Both the position numbers and the translations under genes were made by a program. 64,000 bases of DNA from an uncultured Verrucomicrobiae bacterium (GTDB lineage: Bacteria > Verrucomicrobiota > Verrucomicrobiia > Chthoniobacterales > UBA10450). Positions 20,728-30,255 of this stretch are shown piece after piece. The notes below the pieces were generated by a model that saw only the letters and a program-made list of their open reading frames with translations, was not told the DNA's origin and did not search any database. The stretch lies in the NCBI GenBank assembly GCA_963801815.1, contig CAWDGJ010000002.1, forward strand, positions 128,001 through 192,000. Reading direction: 5' to 3'. How positions within the stretch are numbered: the first letter of the stretch is position 1; each line of letters opens with the position of its first letter.

Positions 20728-22683
20728 TCAACTGAGTGGCAACCAGTTGCCCGGTTGCGGTGCGGGCTTGGTGCCGTTGAGGGAAAGGTAGGTATATTCC
20801 TGAAGCAAGCGCTCGTAATCGGAAAGAAGTTTCATCGCGTCGTTCGGCTTGAGAAAATCGGTTTTGATCGCGTCGTCGACTTGCACTTTGAGCAGGCGCA
20901 TCAATTCGACCTTGTCCCATTGCGTCATCGAAAGAACCTCGCCGATCGTGCTGCCCTCAATGACTTCCTCGATGTACCAGCCGCTTTCTTCGTCAGGATC
21001 CAGGAAAATGTGAGCCTCCGTGACGCGGCCGAACAGATTGTGGAGATCACCCATGATGTCCTGGTAGGCGCCGACCATGAACACACCGAGATAATAAATT
21101 TCCCCGGGGATGATGCGATGGAGCGGAAGCGTGTCGCGCACGTCCTGCAAATCGGTGAACTTGGAAACTTTGCCGTCGGAGTCGCAGGTGATGTCGACGA
21201 TTGTGCCGTAACGGTCCGGCGGCGTGGTCAGGCGATGGATCGGCATGATCGGAAACAATTGTCCAAGTGCCCAGTGATCAAGCAGCGATTGGAACACCGA
21301 AAAATTGCAAATGTATTGATCTGCGAGTGAAGTCTCGAGTTCCTTCACCTCGTCGGGCACATAACGCAGGCCGCGATGCATGTTAACGATCTGCTGGGCC
21401 AACTGCCAGTAAACGGCGTCGATCTTTGCTTTGGATTCGAGTTCAAGCAGACCGAGGTTGAACGTTTCCTGGGATTCCTCCTTGATTTGCTGAATGTCGT
21501 GCAAGCTCTCGATCCGGTTGCCGCGCTTCAATCGCTGCTTCACGTCGAGAATGTCGCCGACGAGTTTGTGGTCCTTCTCAGTGGCCTCGACTCGCAGCTT
21601 CGGCACCGTTTTCTCGATTGAACTGAACGCTTCCATCACCAGCACAGAATGGTGCGCAACCACAGCCCGACCGCCCTCGCTCACGATCGATGGATGGGGA
21701 ACATTTTCTGAATCGCACACGTCCATGATGTTCCAAACAACGTCGTTGGCGTATTCCTGTAGCGAATAATTAGCGGAGCTGTCGAAATCGCTGCGGGAAC
21801 CATCGTAGTCGACGCCAAGTCCGCCACCGACATCGAGGTAGCCAAGCTCATGGCCGAGCTTGGCCATCTTGGCGTAGTAACGCGCGGCTTCGCGGACCGC
21901 CCGTTTGATGGTTGAAATATCGGGAACTTGCGAGCCGACGTGGAAATGAATCAGCTTCAGGGTGTGGGCGAGGCCGGCGGCCCGTAGCATTTCGCTCGCT
22001 GCAACCAGGCCCGTGGTGTCGAGACCGAACTTGGCGTTCTCGCCCGCGCTCGGTGACCATTTGCCGGAGCCTTTGCTGTGGAGACGAACGCGAATGCCGA
22101 TGACCGGCTCGACGCCAACTTCCTTGGAAGCGCGGATAGTCGCCTCAAGTTCTTCGATTTTTTCGACAACAATGACAACAAGCTTGCCAAGCTTGCGACC
22201 AAGCAACGCGATCCGAATGAACGCCGGGTCCTTATAGCCGTTACAAATGATCAAGCTCTCCGGATCCTTGTGCATCGCGAGCGCTGCGACGAGTTCCGGT
22301 TTGCTGCCCGCCTCCAGGCCAAAATGATATTGCTGACCGGCGTCGACGATTTCTTCAATCACTTCGCGGAGCTGGTTCACCTTGATCGGAAAAACGCCGC
22401 GATAATGACCTTTGTAACCGAATTCGTTGATCGCGTCTTGAAATGCGAGGTTTACAGCCGCGACCCGGTGGCGCAGCAGGTCTTGAAACCGGATGACGAG
22501 TGGGAAACTTAAGCCGCGTGAACGCGCCTCGCTGACAACTTCGAGAATGTTAATGCTTCCACCGTTTTCCTGAAGCGGCTTGGCCACGACATTGCCTTCG
22601 GAGTTGACCGTGAAATATCCGCCGCTCCAGCCGTCGACATTGTACGTCGCAATCGCGGCATCAACGTCCCAATCGTTCTTCAT
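20728..22683 (-). CDS. speA: Biosynthetic arginine decarboxylase
   Basis: VFPIKVNQ, EAGSKPEL, HFHVGSQ, DVGGGLGVDYDG, DITCDSDG, GAYQDIMGDLHNLFG. Confidence 0.96.
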   Translation of the reverse strand: MKNDWDVDAAIATYNVDGWSGGYFTVNSEGNVVAKPLQENGGSINILEVVSEARSRGLSFPLVIRFQDLLRHRVAAVNLAFQDAINEFGYKGHYRGVFPIKVNQLREVIEEIVDAGQQYHFGLEAGSKPELVAALAMHKDPESLIICNGYKDPAFIRIALLGRKLGKLVVIVVEKIEELEATIRASKEVGVEPVIGIRVRLHSKGSGKWSPSAGENAKFGLDTTGLVAASEMLRAAGLAHTLKLIHFHVGSQVPDISTIKRAVREAARYYAKMAKLGHELGYLDVGGGLGVDYDGSRSDFDSSANYSLQEYANDVVWNIMDVCDSENVPHPSIVSEGGRAVVAHHSVLVMEAFSSIEKTVPKLRVEATEKDHKLVGDILDVKQRLKRGNRIESLHDIQQIKEESQETFNLGLLELESKAKIDAVYWQLAQQIVNMHRGLRYVPDEVKELETSLADQYICNFSVFQSLLDHWALGQLFPIMPIHRLTTPPDRYGTIVDITCDSDGKVSKFTDLQDVRDTLPLHRIIPGEIYYLGVFMVGAYQDIMGDLHNLFGRVTEAHIFLDPDEESGWYIEEVIEGSTIGEVLSMTQWDKVELMRLLKVQVDDAIKTDFLKPNDAMKLLSDYERLLQEYTYLSLNGTKPAPQPGNWLPLS

Positions 22684-22831
22684 CTTTCTCGTCCGCCGAA
22701 ATCAGAGGCAATGCGCATAATCATTCACAGCAGCTAACATGCAAGCCTGCGTGCAAAGAAAATTTGTCCGGCAAGGTCGCGCGAATGGGGTCGCTTGTTT
22801 TTCCTTTCCGAACGGATAACGTTCGCGGGGG

Positions 22832-23305
22832 ATGAACAAGACGGTGATCGAGGTGCAGGTGCGGGCGGTGTTGCCAACGAGCGGCGGTTGCGCGGTTTTT
22901 ATCGGGAATAACGACAAAGTCTTCATCATCTATGTCGATCAAACCGTGGGAAGCGCGATCACCATGTTCATGCGTGACATCACCAAAGAGCGGCCGCTGA
23001 CGCACGACTTGATGGCACATTTGATGACGGCGTTGGGAGCGAAAGTCGAACGCGTGATCATCAATGATCTGAAAAATGCGACCTACTATGCACGGGCGAT
23101 CATTCGCGCCGAGAACGAGCTGCATCAGAAAAAGATCGTCGAGCTCGATGCGCGTCCGAGCGATTGCATTGCGCTGGCGACGCAACAGAAGGCGCCGATT
23201 TACGTCAGCCAGGAAGTCTGGGACGAAGTCGACGACATGAGCGACGTCCTCCGCAAAATGGAGGAAGAAGGGCTCAAGCCCGATCCCGAAACTGAAGAAG
23301 AATAA
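22832..23305 (+). CDS. Bifunctional nuclease family protein (DUF151)
   Basis: RPLTHDL, DARPSDCIALA. Confidence 0.92.
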   Translation: MNKTVIEVQVRAVLPTSGGCAVFIGNNDKVFIIYVDQTVGSAITMFMRDITKERPLTHDLMAHLMTALGAKVERVIINDLKNATYYARAIIRAENELHQKKIVELDARPSDCIALATQQKAPIYVSQEVWDEVDDMSDVLRKMEEEGLKPDPETEEE

Positions 23306-23395
23306 GGTGGATCGAGCGCTCCGCGCTCGATGTTAGTCTGAGCGGCTGAGAAGCCGCATTATTTTTAGCATCGCCCGCGGAGCGGCCGATCCACC
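23306..23395. repeat. GGTGGATCG...CGATCCACC REPIN-like element copy 2
   Basis: Fills almost the whole gap between convergent genes. Confidence 0.85.
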
Positions 23396-23400
23396 AAACA

Positions 23401-23736
23401 TCAGAAATTTAGTTTTACGCTACCTTCATGCTGCTCGTTTGGGCACGGTGCGTTCAACGGAACGTCGGTTTGCGCCGCGCTCGGCTGGACCAGCTTGTTG
23501 TCGATCAAATACTTTTCGACTTCTTCCCCGCTGACATCGGCCAGCATATGACCGCTGATTTCGACGCATGGTGAAAGCGGCTGACCGCTTTTGGTTTCCA
23601 TCTCCCAGCGAAATGCCGGGTTCTGAATAATGTCCTTTTCAGCGTACGTTAAATTGTACTTTGCCAGGACGGCACGGACTCCAGCACTCCAGCCGCAATA
23701 GGTTTTCAAATAAGCAGTGATTTGGGGCGTATCCAT
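23401..23736 (-). CDS. Glutaredoxin-like protein (CGWS motif)
   Basis: YLKTYCGWS, KSGQPLSPCVEI; Grx-fold size. Confidence 0.8.
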   Translation of the reverse strand: MDTPQITAYLKTYCGWSAGVRAVLAKYNLTYAEKDIIQNPAFRWEMETKSGQPLSPCVEISGHMLADVSGEEVEKYLIDNKLVQPSAAQTDVPLNAPCPNEQHEGSVKLNF

Positions 23737-23820
23737 TATTAGAAGGATAACACATCAACGCCGAATTTCAGCACTGGCGTCCCCAACAAAAAAGATCGAC
23801 AACCGAGTTGCCGAATTGCT

Positions 23821-23878
23821 AAAAGCCCTGCCGGGAGCTCCATTTCCCTGAGGCCGTGTTTTTGACGGAGCTCCCGGC
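23821..23878 (-). terminator. Probable terminator after the ECF sigma gene
   Basis: Perfect 12-bp IR GCCGGGAGCTCC/GGAGCTCCCGGC followed by a short T run on the minus strand. Confidence 0.5.
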
Positions 23879-23888
23879 GCCCTGAAAG

Positions 23889-24491
23889 TCAAATCTTGTG
23901 TCGCAACGGTTTCAACGATTGGGTCAACTTCTGTAAACCAAGTTCCAGTCGCGTCTTGACCGTGCCGAGTGGAGCACGCGTGACCGCAGCGATCTCGCGA
24001 TGGCTCATTCCCGCAAAGAACGCGAGCTCAAGGGCTTCGCGCTGATGATGCGGCAACACGTTCAAGCGGCGATGCAGGAACGAACGCAAATCGGAGCGGG
24101 AGATCTGGTCGTCTGACGAATGACTGTCCATCGCGGACGGTTGCTCGCTGATCTGTTCCTGGTAACGCTCTTTCGCGCGGCAGTAGGCCTGTTTCCGGCG
24201 GAGTCGATCAATCGCGCGGCGGCGCGCGAGCGTTACCACCCAGCCGAGCAGTTTACCCGCTTTGGGGGAGTAATGGTCGGCCTCGTGCCAGATTTGCAAC
24301 AGAATGTCCTGCAACACGTCATCCGCGTCACCTTCTTCATGGACGACGTTGCCGATCACGGATTTGAGCCGGCCTCCGTGGCGCGAGTAAAACTCGGTCA
24401 ACGCTTCCGGCTGATGCGCGGTGATGGCTTCCATGAGTGCTTCGTCCGAAATCGTCGAGCCTGTGGTGTACTGCGAAGTTGGATTTAACAT
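23889..24491 (-). CDS. ECF sigma-70 family RNA polymerase sigma factor
   Basis: DADDVLQD, WVVTLARRRAIDRLR, LAFFAGMSHREIA, LGTVKTRL. Confidence 0.93.
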   Translation of the reverse strand: MLNPTSQYTTGSTISDEALMEAITAHQPEALTEFYSRHGGRLKSVIGNVVHEEGDADDVLQDILLQIWHEADHYSPKAGKLLGWVVTLARRRAIDRLRRKQAYCRAKERYQEQISEQPSAMDSHSSDDQISRSDLRSFLHRRLNVLPHHQREALELAFFAGMSHREIAAVTRAPLGTVKTRLELGLQKLTQSLKPLRHKI

Positions 24492-24652
24492 AAATTTCCC
24501 CTAACGAGTTTTTCGTTCCGTCTGTTCACGCTATTTATTTTCACAACTCACCAACGATGAAGATTGAGCGGATGGTTCGCAATCGGGACAGACACCGGTT
24601 GAGTAATAGGTCAAATCCTTAGACCAGTTGGACTTGGAAACGACCGCTGCGT

Positions 24653-24683
24653 AAAAACTCAGTGGCGTCGTGATGCGCCACTG
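24653..24683 (-). terminator. Intrinsic terminator downstream of 24705-25091
   Basis: CAGTGGCG-N8-CGCCACTG then AGTTTTT on the minus strand. Confidence 0.55.
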
Positions 24684-24704
24684 GACGTTGCAGCGTCGCA
24701 ACTA

Positions 24705-25091
24705 TTACGCAGCGGGACGAAATTGCAGCGCAAACTTGCGCAATCGCGCGGAGAATTTTTCGCGCGGCCGCACCAGCGTCTTTTTTTCCGTGCCGATTTT
24801 TTCGCCTCCCAACATGATCCGCGCCAGGACTTCGTCTGTCGGCATCACCCAGTCCATCGGAATGGAGTGGCAACGATTCGTCGGACAAATCAATCGCAAC
24901 GGACCGCCGCCTCGCGTCCCACCCACTACGAGAATGCCGTGACCGTCAATAATGTCGCCACAAGCAAGGCAGTAACGCTTGTCATCGAGCGAATGCCATT
25001 TTCGATAGCGATCTAGTCGCTGCAAAATCTCGAGCTTTTCTGCGTCGGAGAGGTCGATTGGGGAAAGGAGTTGAGACATTGCGCGCATCAT
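24705..25091 (-). CDS. Hypothetical protein with four-Cys zinc-ribbon-like motif
   Basis: CLAC...CPTNRC; start codon uncertain among three Met. Confidence 0.65.
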   Translation of the reverse strand: MMRAMSQLLSPIDLSDAEKLEILQRLDRYRKWHSLDDKRYCLACGDIIDGHGILVVGGTRGGGPLRLICPTNRCHSIPMDWVMPTDEVLARIMLGGEKIGTEKKTLVRPREKFSARLRKFALQFRPAA

Positions 25092-25282
25092 GTCCCGATC
25101 CGCTTCTGCGATACAATCGGATAGGCGGTTGATCGAAATATAAGGGAAAACCTTACCCGAGATAGAAGTTCGGCGTGAACTCGCAGCGGGAAAGTGAAAT
25201 CAAGGTGACAAAGTAGAGTTTCCCAACGCCCTTGGTCAAAAGAGCACATCCAACGTAGGTGATCTCCACGTTTTGAGGTTGG

Positions 25283-25594
25283 ATGAAAACGCACAATGAG
25301 TTCGAGCATAGTGGCCTCCGGGAAAATTCAACGCTCGCGGCGATGGAGCGCATGGAACTTTATTGTGTAGCGCACCCGGGAAGTCCATCCGCCGCGCGGC
25401 GGCCACATCTGTTATATCGCGGCCAGCTTTGGATCGCACTTCTAGGCCCGACCGTGGAAGACGGTATTGTCGGGATCGGTCAAACCGTCGAAGCCGCGCT
25501 TCGCGCATTCGACGCCCAATATCTCGCTGGTCTGCGTCCGCCATCCGAAGGGCTTCGTCGCGCCGTCAATCACTCAAAGGTTCGTGCCGCGTAG
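25283..25594 (+). CDS. Hypothetical protein (possibly HicB-like fold)
   Basis: WIALLG...GIVGIGQTVEAALRAFD resembles the HicB GxTxxEA pattern; GAGG before the ATG. Confidence 0.6.
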   Translation: MKTHNEFEHSGLRENSTLAAMERMELYCVAHPGSPSAARRPHLLYRGQLWIALLGPTVEDGIVGIGQTVEAALRAFDAQYLAGLRPPSEGLRRAVNHSKVRAA

Positions 25595-25772
25595 TTGGCG
25601 AAGTTAAAATTTGATCGACGGCCGGACGCCGTGCTTCCAGTTATTCTTATCACGAACAAGTCACCAATATTTTGGGCGAAATAATTTCCGGCGATGTGAG
25701 GATTCAGATCGCCAACGTTTTTTTTGAAGCCTTGGAAAAGCTTCGTTGCCTGTCGCCCAATCGGCTCGACCG

Positions 25773-26057
25773 TTAGCCGCGACGCTTGCGAGTTGGCTTT
25801 GACCGTTTTGACAGCGGAAGCGGCAAGATCACCTCGCCGTCTCGCGAACCGCGACTGGCCCGCTCAAAGACGGCGCAAAGTCCGACGTCATAAAACGTAA
25901 CCGCTAATTCGTTCGCATCGGCGAAGCGTTGGATTTCCTTTTTGCGCTTTTCAGGACTGATCGTCGTCGGAAAGACCCGCGCCAGCTCAGAATTGTAAAC
26001 GGCGCAGACTTCTTGTTCTTTTAGTTCGGTCTCAATTCGGGCGACAAGTTTACGCAT
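25773..26057 (-). CDS. Hypothetical protein
   Basis: Clean 94-aa ORF with protein-like composition. Confidence 0.55.
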   Translation of the reverse strand: MRKLVARIETELKEQEVCAVYNSELARVFPTTISPEKRKKEIQRFADANELAVTFYDVGLCAVFERASRGSRDGEVILPLPLSKRSKPTRKRRG

Positions 26058-26330
26058 ACTGGGAAGGTTGGCTGATCGCAGCCACGATTAATGACTAGCG
26101 ACGCTTAATGACGGTGGGTCAAACAGTTTTGTTCGAGAAACGTACGGAAACTTTCTAACGGTTGATTGTTACGACCGAAACTCGTTTCCGGAGCGTTTAA
26201 TCCTCAAGAGCCGTGATCTTGCTTGCTGCGATTGCCCGAACGACCGCTCACCGCTGACGGGTTTTGACTTTCGGCACCGGGCTTTTGCGGTTAAGATCCA
26301 CACTAGGGGTCGCAGATTTGTTCCTGGTTT

Positions 26331-28358
26331 ATGAACAAAGCGAAGAGCGCTGAACGTAAAAGAGCGAAACGACATCGCAACGGGGCGAACGGTTGGCGTG
26401 ATATCGGCGCAACCGCGAAGAACGGTAGCGCCCGTCATTCGGGCGGCTTTGCTTCGAAGCGTCTGAGGCATATTGCCAATCGCAAACGTAGTGAAGAATC
26501 AGCCGGTGAAGCGGACCGCAAGTTCCGCGAAATGATCGATGCGTTGCCGGCTGCAGTTTACACCACTGACGCTCAGGGCAGACTTACTCATTTCAATCAG
26601 GCCTGCGTCGAATTGTCGGGCCGCGTTCCGGAACTCGGGACCGACAAGTGGTGCGTCAGTTGGAAACTCTACTATCCAAACGGCCAGCGCATGCCGCATA
26701 GGGAATGCCCGATGGCGATCGCGCTCAAAAAGGGTCGCGTAATTCGCGGAGCGGAAGCGATCGCGGAACGGCCGGACGGTTCGCGGGTTTGGTTTACCCC
26801 CTACCCAACGCCATTGCGCGATGCGCGCGGGCGAATCGTCGGCGGCATCAACATGTTGGTCGACATCACGGAACGGAAACGCGCCGAAATTGCCGTAATG
26901 CGCCTGGCTGCAGTCGTCCGATCCTCGCATGACGCAATCGCAGCCAAGGATTTGAATGGCATCATCACCGACTGGAACGAAAGCGCAGAACGCATCTTTG
27001 GATATAAGGCGAAAGAGATTATCGGGAAATCGGTTCTGACGCTGATTCCGAAAGATCGACAAGCGGAGGAAACGGAGATCCTGAGAAAAATTCGTCGCGG
27101 CGAATCAATCGACCATTACCAAACCGTGCGCCGCTGCAAGAATGGCTCCCTTATCGATGTTTCGCTGACCATTTCGCCGGTAAAAGATGCCAAGGGAGAG
27201 ATTATCGGCGTTTCAAAAATCGCCCGCGACATCTCTCAGCATAAAAAAGATGACCGTCGATTGGTGGAACAAGCGCGGCTGCTTGATCTGAGTAACGAAG
27301 CAATCCTGGTCCGCGACCGACAAGACCGCATCACTTACTGGAATCGTGGGGCCGTCGAGCTGTATGGGTATTCGGCCGAAGAAGCTCTGGGCGAGGTCAC
27401 CCATCGATTGTTGCAAACGGAACATCCCAAACCCCGCGCGCAAATCTTCAACGAACTGGAGCGCAACGATCGATGGAGTGGCGAGCTCGTTCACAAGCGC
27501 AAAGACGGAAGCAAGATCATCGTGATGAGTCATTGGGCGCTGGATCGAGACAAGCTTGGACGGCGAGCTCGTATTCTCGAAAGCAATACTGACATTACTC
27601 GGCGCAAGCGCACAGAAGTCGCGCTCCAGAGATCGAGAGATATGCTCGAACGGCTTGTCACCCAGCGAACCAAAGCGTTGCGGATGGCGAATACTGAATT
27701 GGAAAATGAGATCAGCCGTCGCAAAGGTCTCGAAGGTCAGATTCTGGAAATTAGCGACCGGGAGCAGGAACGGCTCGGTCAGGAATTGCACGATGGTCTG
27801 TGCCAGCAGTTGACGGCTATCGCATTTATGGCCCGGGCAGCGGCGCTGCGCCTAAACGATCATCGCGTCGCCGATCCCAAGGAATTGGAGAAGATTGCCC
27901 ACCTCGTCAACAATTCGGTGATGGACGCGCGCAACATCGCCCACGATTTGCATAAGGAGGAAATCGACGCCGCCGGATTTGAACATGCACTGCGCGATCT
28001 GGCCGAGCGAAAAATCTGGCAGACGCGGTGCCGGTTTCACTGCGACGGCAAGCTGGATATCCAAGACGACAGAGTCGCGTCGGAGATTTTTCGAATTCTG
28101 CGCGAAGGCGTTATCAACGCCAACAAGCATGCCCGCGCCAGCGAGATCGTTCTGGAAGCGTGCCGGCGAAAACGAGAACTGGTTTTCAGCGTGATCGATA
28201 ACGGAGTCGGTCTGAATGGACAGGACAAGAAGCGCGACGGTGGACTTGGGTTTCACATTATGAAATACCGCGCTCAATCAATTGGCGCTCGGCTGGAAGT
28301 GGAATCTCCGCGTCGCGGCGGCACCCGCCTCGCCGTTTACTTGCCACTTTCAAAATGA
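26331..28358 (+). CDS. Cytoplasmic sensor histidine kinase, 3 PAS + HisKA_3 + HATPase
   Basis: Three PAS/PAC repeats (DITERK, DISQHK, DITRRK); ERLGQELHDGLCQQL; NANKHA, DNGVG, GLGFHIM. Confidence 0.95.
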   Translation: MNKAKSAERKRAKRHRNGANGWRDIGATAKNGSARHSGGFASKRLRHIANRKRSEESAGEADRKFREMIDALPAAVYTTDAQGRLTHFNQACVELSGRVPELGTDKWCVSWKLYYPNGQRMPHRECPMAIALKKGRVIRGAEAIAERPDGSRVWFTPYPTPLRDARGRIVGGINMLVDITERKRAEIAVMRLAAVVRSSHDAIAAKDLNGIITDWNESAERIFGYKAKEIIGKSVLTLIPKDRQAEETEILRKIRRGESIDHYQTVRRCKNGSLIDVSLTISPVKDAKGEIIGVSKIARDISQHKKDDRRLVEQARLLDLSNEAILVRDRQDRITYWNRGAVELYGYSAEEALGEVTHRLLQTEHPKPRAQIFNELERNDRWSGELVHKRKDGSKIIVMSHWALDRDKLGRRARILESNTDITRRKRTEVALQRSRDMLERLVTQRTKALRMANTELENEISRRKGLEGQILEISDREQERLGQELHDGLCQQLTAIAFMARAAALRLNDHRVADPKELEKIAHLVNNSVMDARNIAHDLHKEEIDAAGFEHALRDLAERKIWQTRCRFHCDGKLDIQDDRVASEIFRILREGVINANKHARASEIVLEACRRKRELVFSVIDNGVGLNGQDKKRDGGLGFHIMKYRAQSIGARLEVESPRRGGTRLAVYLPLSK

Positions 28359-29050
28359 AAAGTGCCGCTGCCATCAAGGAAAAACCGAAGACCACTCCGG
28401 TGAAGAGCAAACGGATCGTCATTGTTGATGATCACCCACTATTTCGGAAAGGGCTGGAGCAGTTGATCAACAGTGCTAACGACGCCTTCGCCATTTGCGG
28501 CGAAGCCGGTGATGCCGCCGAAGGCATGAGCAAAATCCGGGAGTTGAAACCCGACCTGGTGATTGTCGATCTTAGTCTGCCCGGCGCGAACGGCATCGAG
28601 CTAATCAAAAACATTCGGGCCGAGTTCGAGAAATTGCCGGTGTTGATTTTGTCGATGCACGATGAATCGCTCTACGCGCTACGCGCGCTTCGGGCGGGCG
28701 CTCAGGGTTACGTCATGAAACAGGAAGCGCTTGAGAATGTCATCGGCGCGATTCGGGAAGTGCTAGCCGGCCGGCCGTACCTGAGCAGTCAGATGTCCGC
28801 GAAATTGATTACGAATTTCGCCAGCGGCAGCACTGAAACTAATCCGACCGACAAATTGAGCGATCGCGAGCTGGAGATTCTGGAACTGATCGGGAAAGGC
28901 CGCGACGTGCACGAGATTTCGGACGCGTTGCACATCAGTCGAAAGACAGTCGAGACTCATCGCGCGCACATTAAAGAAAAACTGAATCTGAAGAACGCTC
29001 GCGAAGTAAACCGATTTGCAGTCCAATGGATTGAAGGCCAGGCCGGATAA
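28355..29050 (+). CDS. NarL/LuxR family response regulator
   Basis: VDDHP, VDLSLPG, LSDRELEI, KTVETHR. Confidence 0.95.
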   Translation: MKSAAAIKEKPKTTPVKSKRIVIVDDHPLFRKGLEQLINSANDAFAICGEAGDAAEGMSKIRELKPDLVIVDLSLPGANGIELIKNIRAEFEKLPVLILSMHDESLYALRALRAGAQGYVMKQEALENVIGAIREVLAGRPYLSSQMSAKLITNFASGSTETNPTDKLSDRELEILELIGKGRDVHEISDALHISRKTVETHRAHIKEKLNLKNAREVNRFAVQWIEGQAG

Positions 29051-29067
29051 AGACCAATTCGATTTTA

Positions 29068-29727
29068 ATGTCTGAAACGAAGAAACGCGTCTTTTTGGTC
29101 GATGATCACCCTGTTTTGCGCAAAGGCCTCGTTCGTCTCATCGACTCGAAACCGGGCTTCGTAGTTTGTGGTGAAGCCAGCACCGCTGTCGATGCCATGG
29201 CCTCAATCCGCGAACTCAAACCGGATCTCGTCGTAGTCGACATAGGGCTCCCGGGCGCGAGTGGCATCGAATTAACAAAGACCATTCGAAGCGAGTTCCA
29301 AAATATCCCGGTCTTGATTCTTTCAATGCACGAAGAGGCGCTCTACGCGACACGTGCGCTTCGAGCCGGCGCGATGGGCTACATCGTCAAACAAGATGCG
29401 GTCGACAATATCGCGGCCGCGCTTCAAGACACTTTGGAAGGAAAACGGTATCTCAGTCCGGGAATTTCCGAACAGCTCCAACAAAACGGAGTCGGCGAGC
29501 AACTGCGATCAAGCCATGATCTGGTTGACCGGCTGACAGATCGTGAGTTGGAAATTTTCGAACTGATCGGCAAAGGCCAGGACGTCCGCGAGATTTCCAA
29601 TGCGTTGAACGTGAGTCCTAAAACCGTTGAGACGCACCGCACCAACATCAAAGAGAAGTTAAAGCTCAAGAATTCCCGGCAAGTAGCGAGGGTTGCGCTG
29701 CAGTGGTTTACCGAACACCCGACTTAG
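29068..29727 (+). CDS. NarL/LuxR family response regulator (paralog of the previous gene)
   Basis: VDDHP, VDIGLPG, LTDRELEI, PKTVETHR. Confidence 0.95.
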   Translation: MSETKKRVFLVDDHPVLRKGLVRLIDSKPGFVVCGEASTAVDAMASIRELKPDLVVVDIGLPGASGIELTKTIRSEFQNIPVLILSMHEEALYATRALRAGAMGYIVKQDAVDNIAAALQDTLEGKRYLSPGISEQLQQNGVGEQLRSSHDLVDRLTDRELEIFELIGKGQDVREISNALNVSPKTVETHRTNIKEKLKLKNSRQVARVALQWFTEHPT

Positions 29728-29788
29728 GCGTATCGACTCTTCAAAAAAATGTTGCGCACTCTGTTAGGCCAGTAGACACTCGCTTTCA

Positions 29789-30091
29789 ATGAAACGCAGC
29801 ACGACGTCACGTGCTTCTGTCGCGGTCCTCGCCTCGGCAGCTTTTTTCTGGACGCTGACGCTCAGCGTTTCGCCACAACTGCACGAGCGCGTTCACCCCG
29901 ATGCGAATCAAGTAGAACATTCCTGCGCGGTCACATTCATTGCATCAGGCAACTGCGATCATTCACCGGATGCGCTTCACATCAGCGCACCGGTTCGCCT
30001 CGACGAATTCAAAATTCCCGAACTGACTCCGCTTTGGATCGGCTCGGTATTTCTCGTCGCTTCCGTTTTCGAACACGCGCCGCCCGCCTAA
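29789..30091 (+). CDS. DUF2946/CruR-like leader protein with His/Cys motifs and C-terminal HAPP
   Basis: Hydrophobic N-terminus, LHERVH, EHSCAV, CDH, terminal EHAPPA; directly upstream of a TonB-dependent receptor. Confidence 0.7.
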   Translation: MKRSTTSRASVAVLASAAFFWTLTLSVSPQLHERVHPDANQVEHSCAVTFIASGNCDHSPDALHISAPVRLDEFKIPELTPLWIGSVFLVASVFEHAPPA

Positions 30092-30255
30092 TCACGCACA
30101 ATCAAGCCGCGTTTTCATCGCGGGTAACTCGGTAGGGCATTTCGTTGAACGCGGTTCGCATTTGTGCAGATGCGCCGTTTTTACCCGGCTTCGCTCAAAT
30201 CGCGAACGCCACAACCAAATCACAATTTTGAAAACTAGATCGACAACAAATTTCC

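Noticed and set aside
25283..26057. Toxin-antitoxin pair
   Set aside because: The HicB resemblance is weak, and the two ORFs are convergent rather than operonic with no recognisable toxin.
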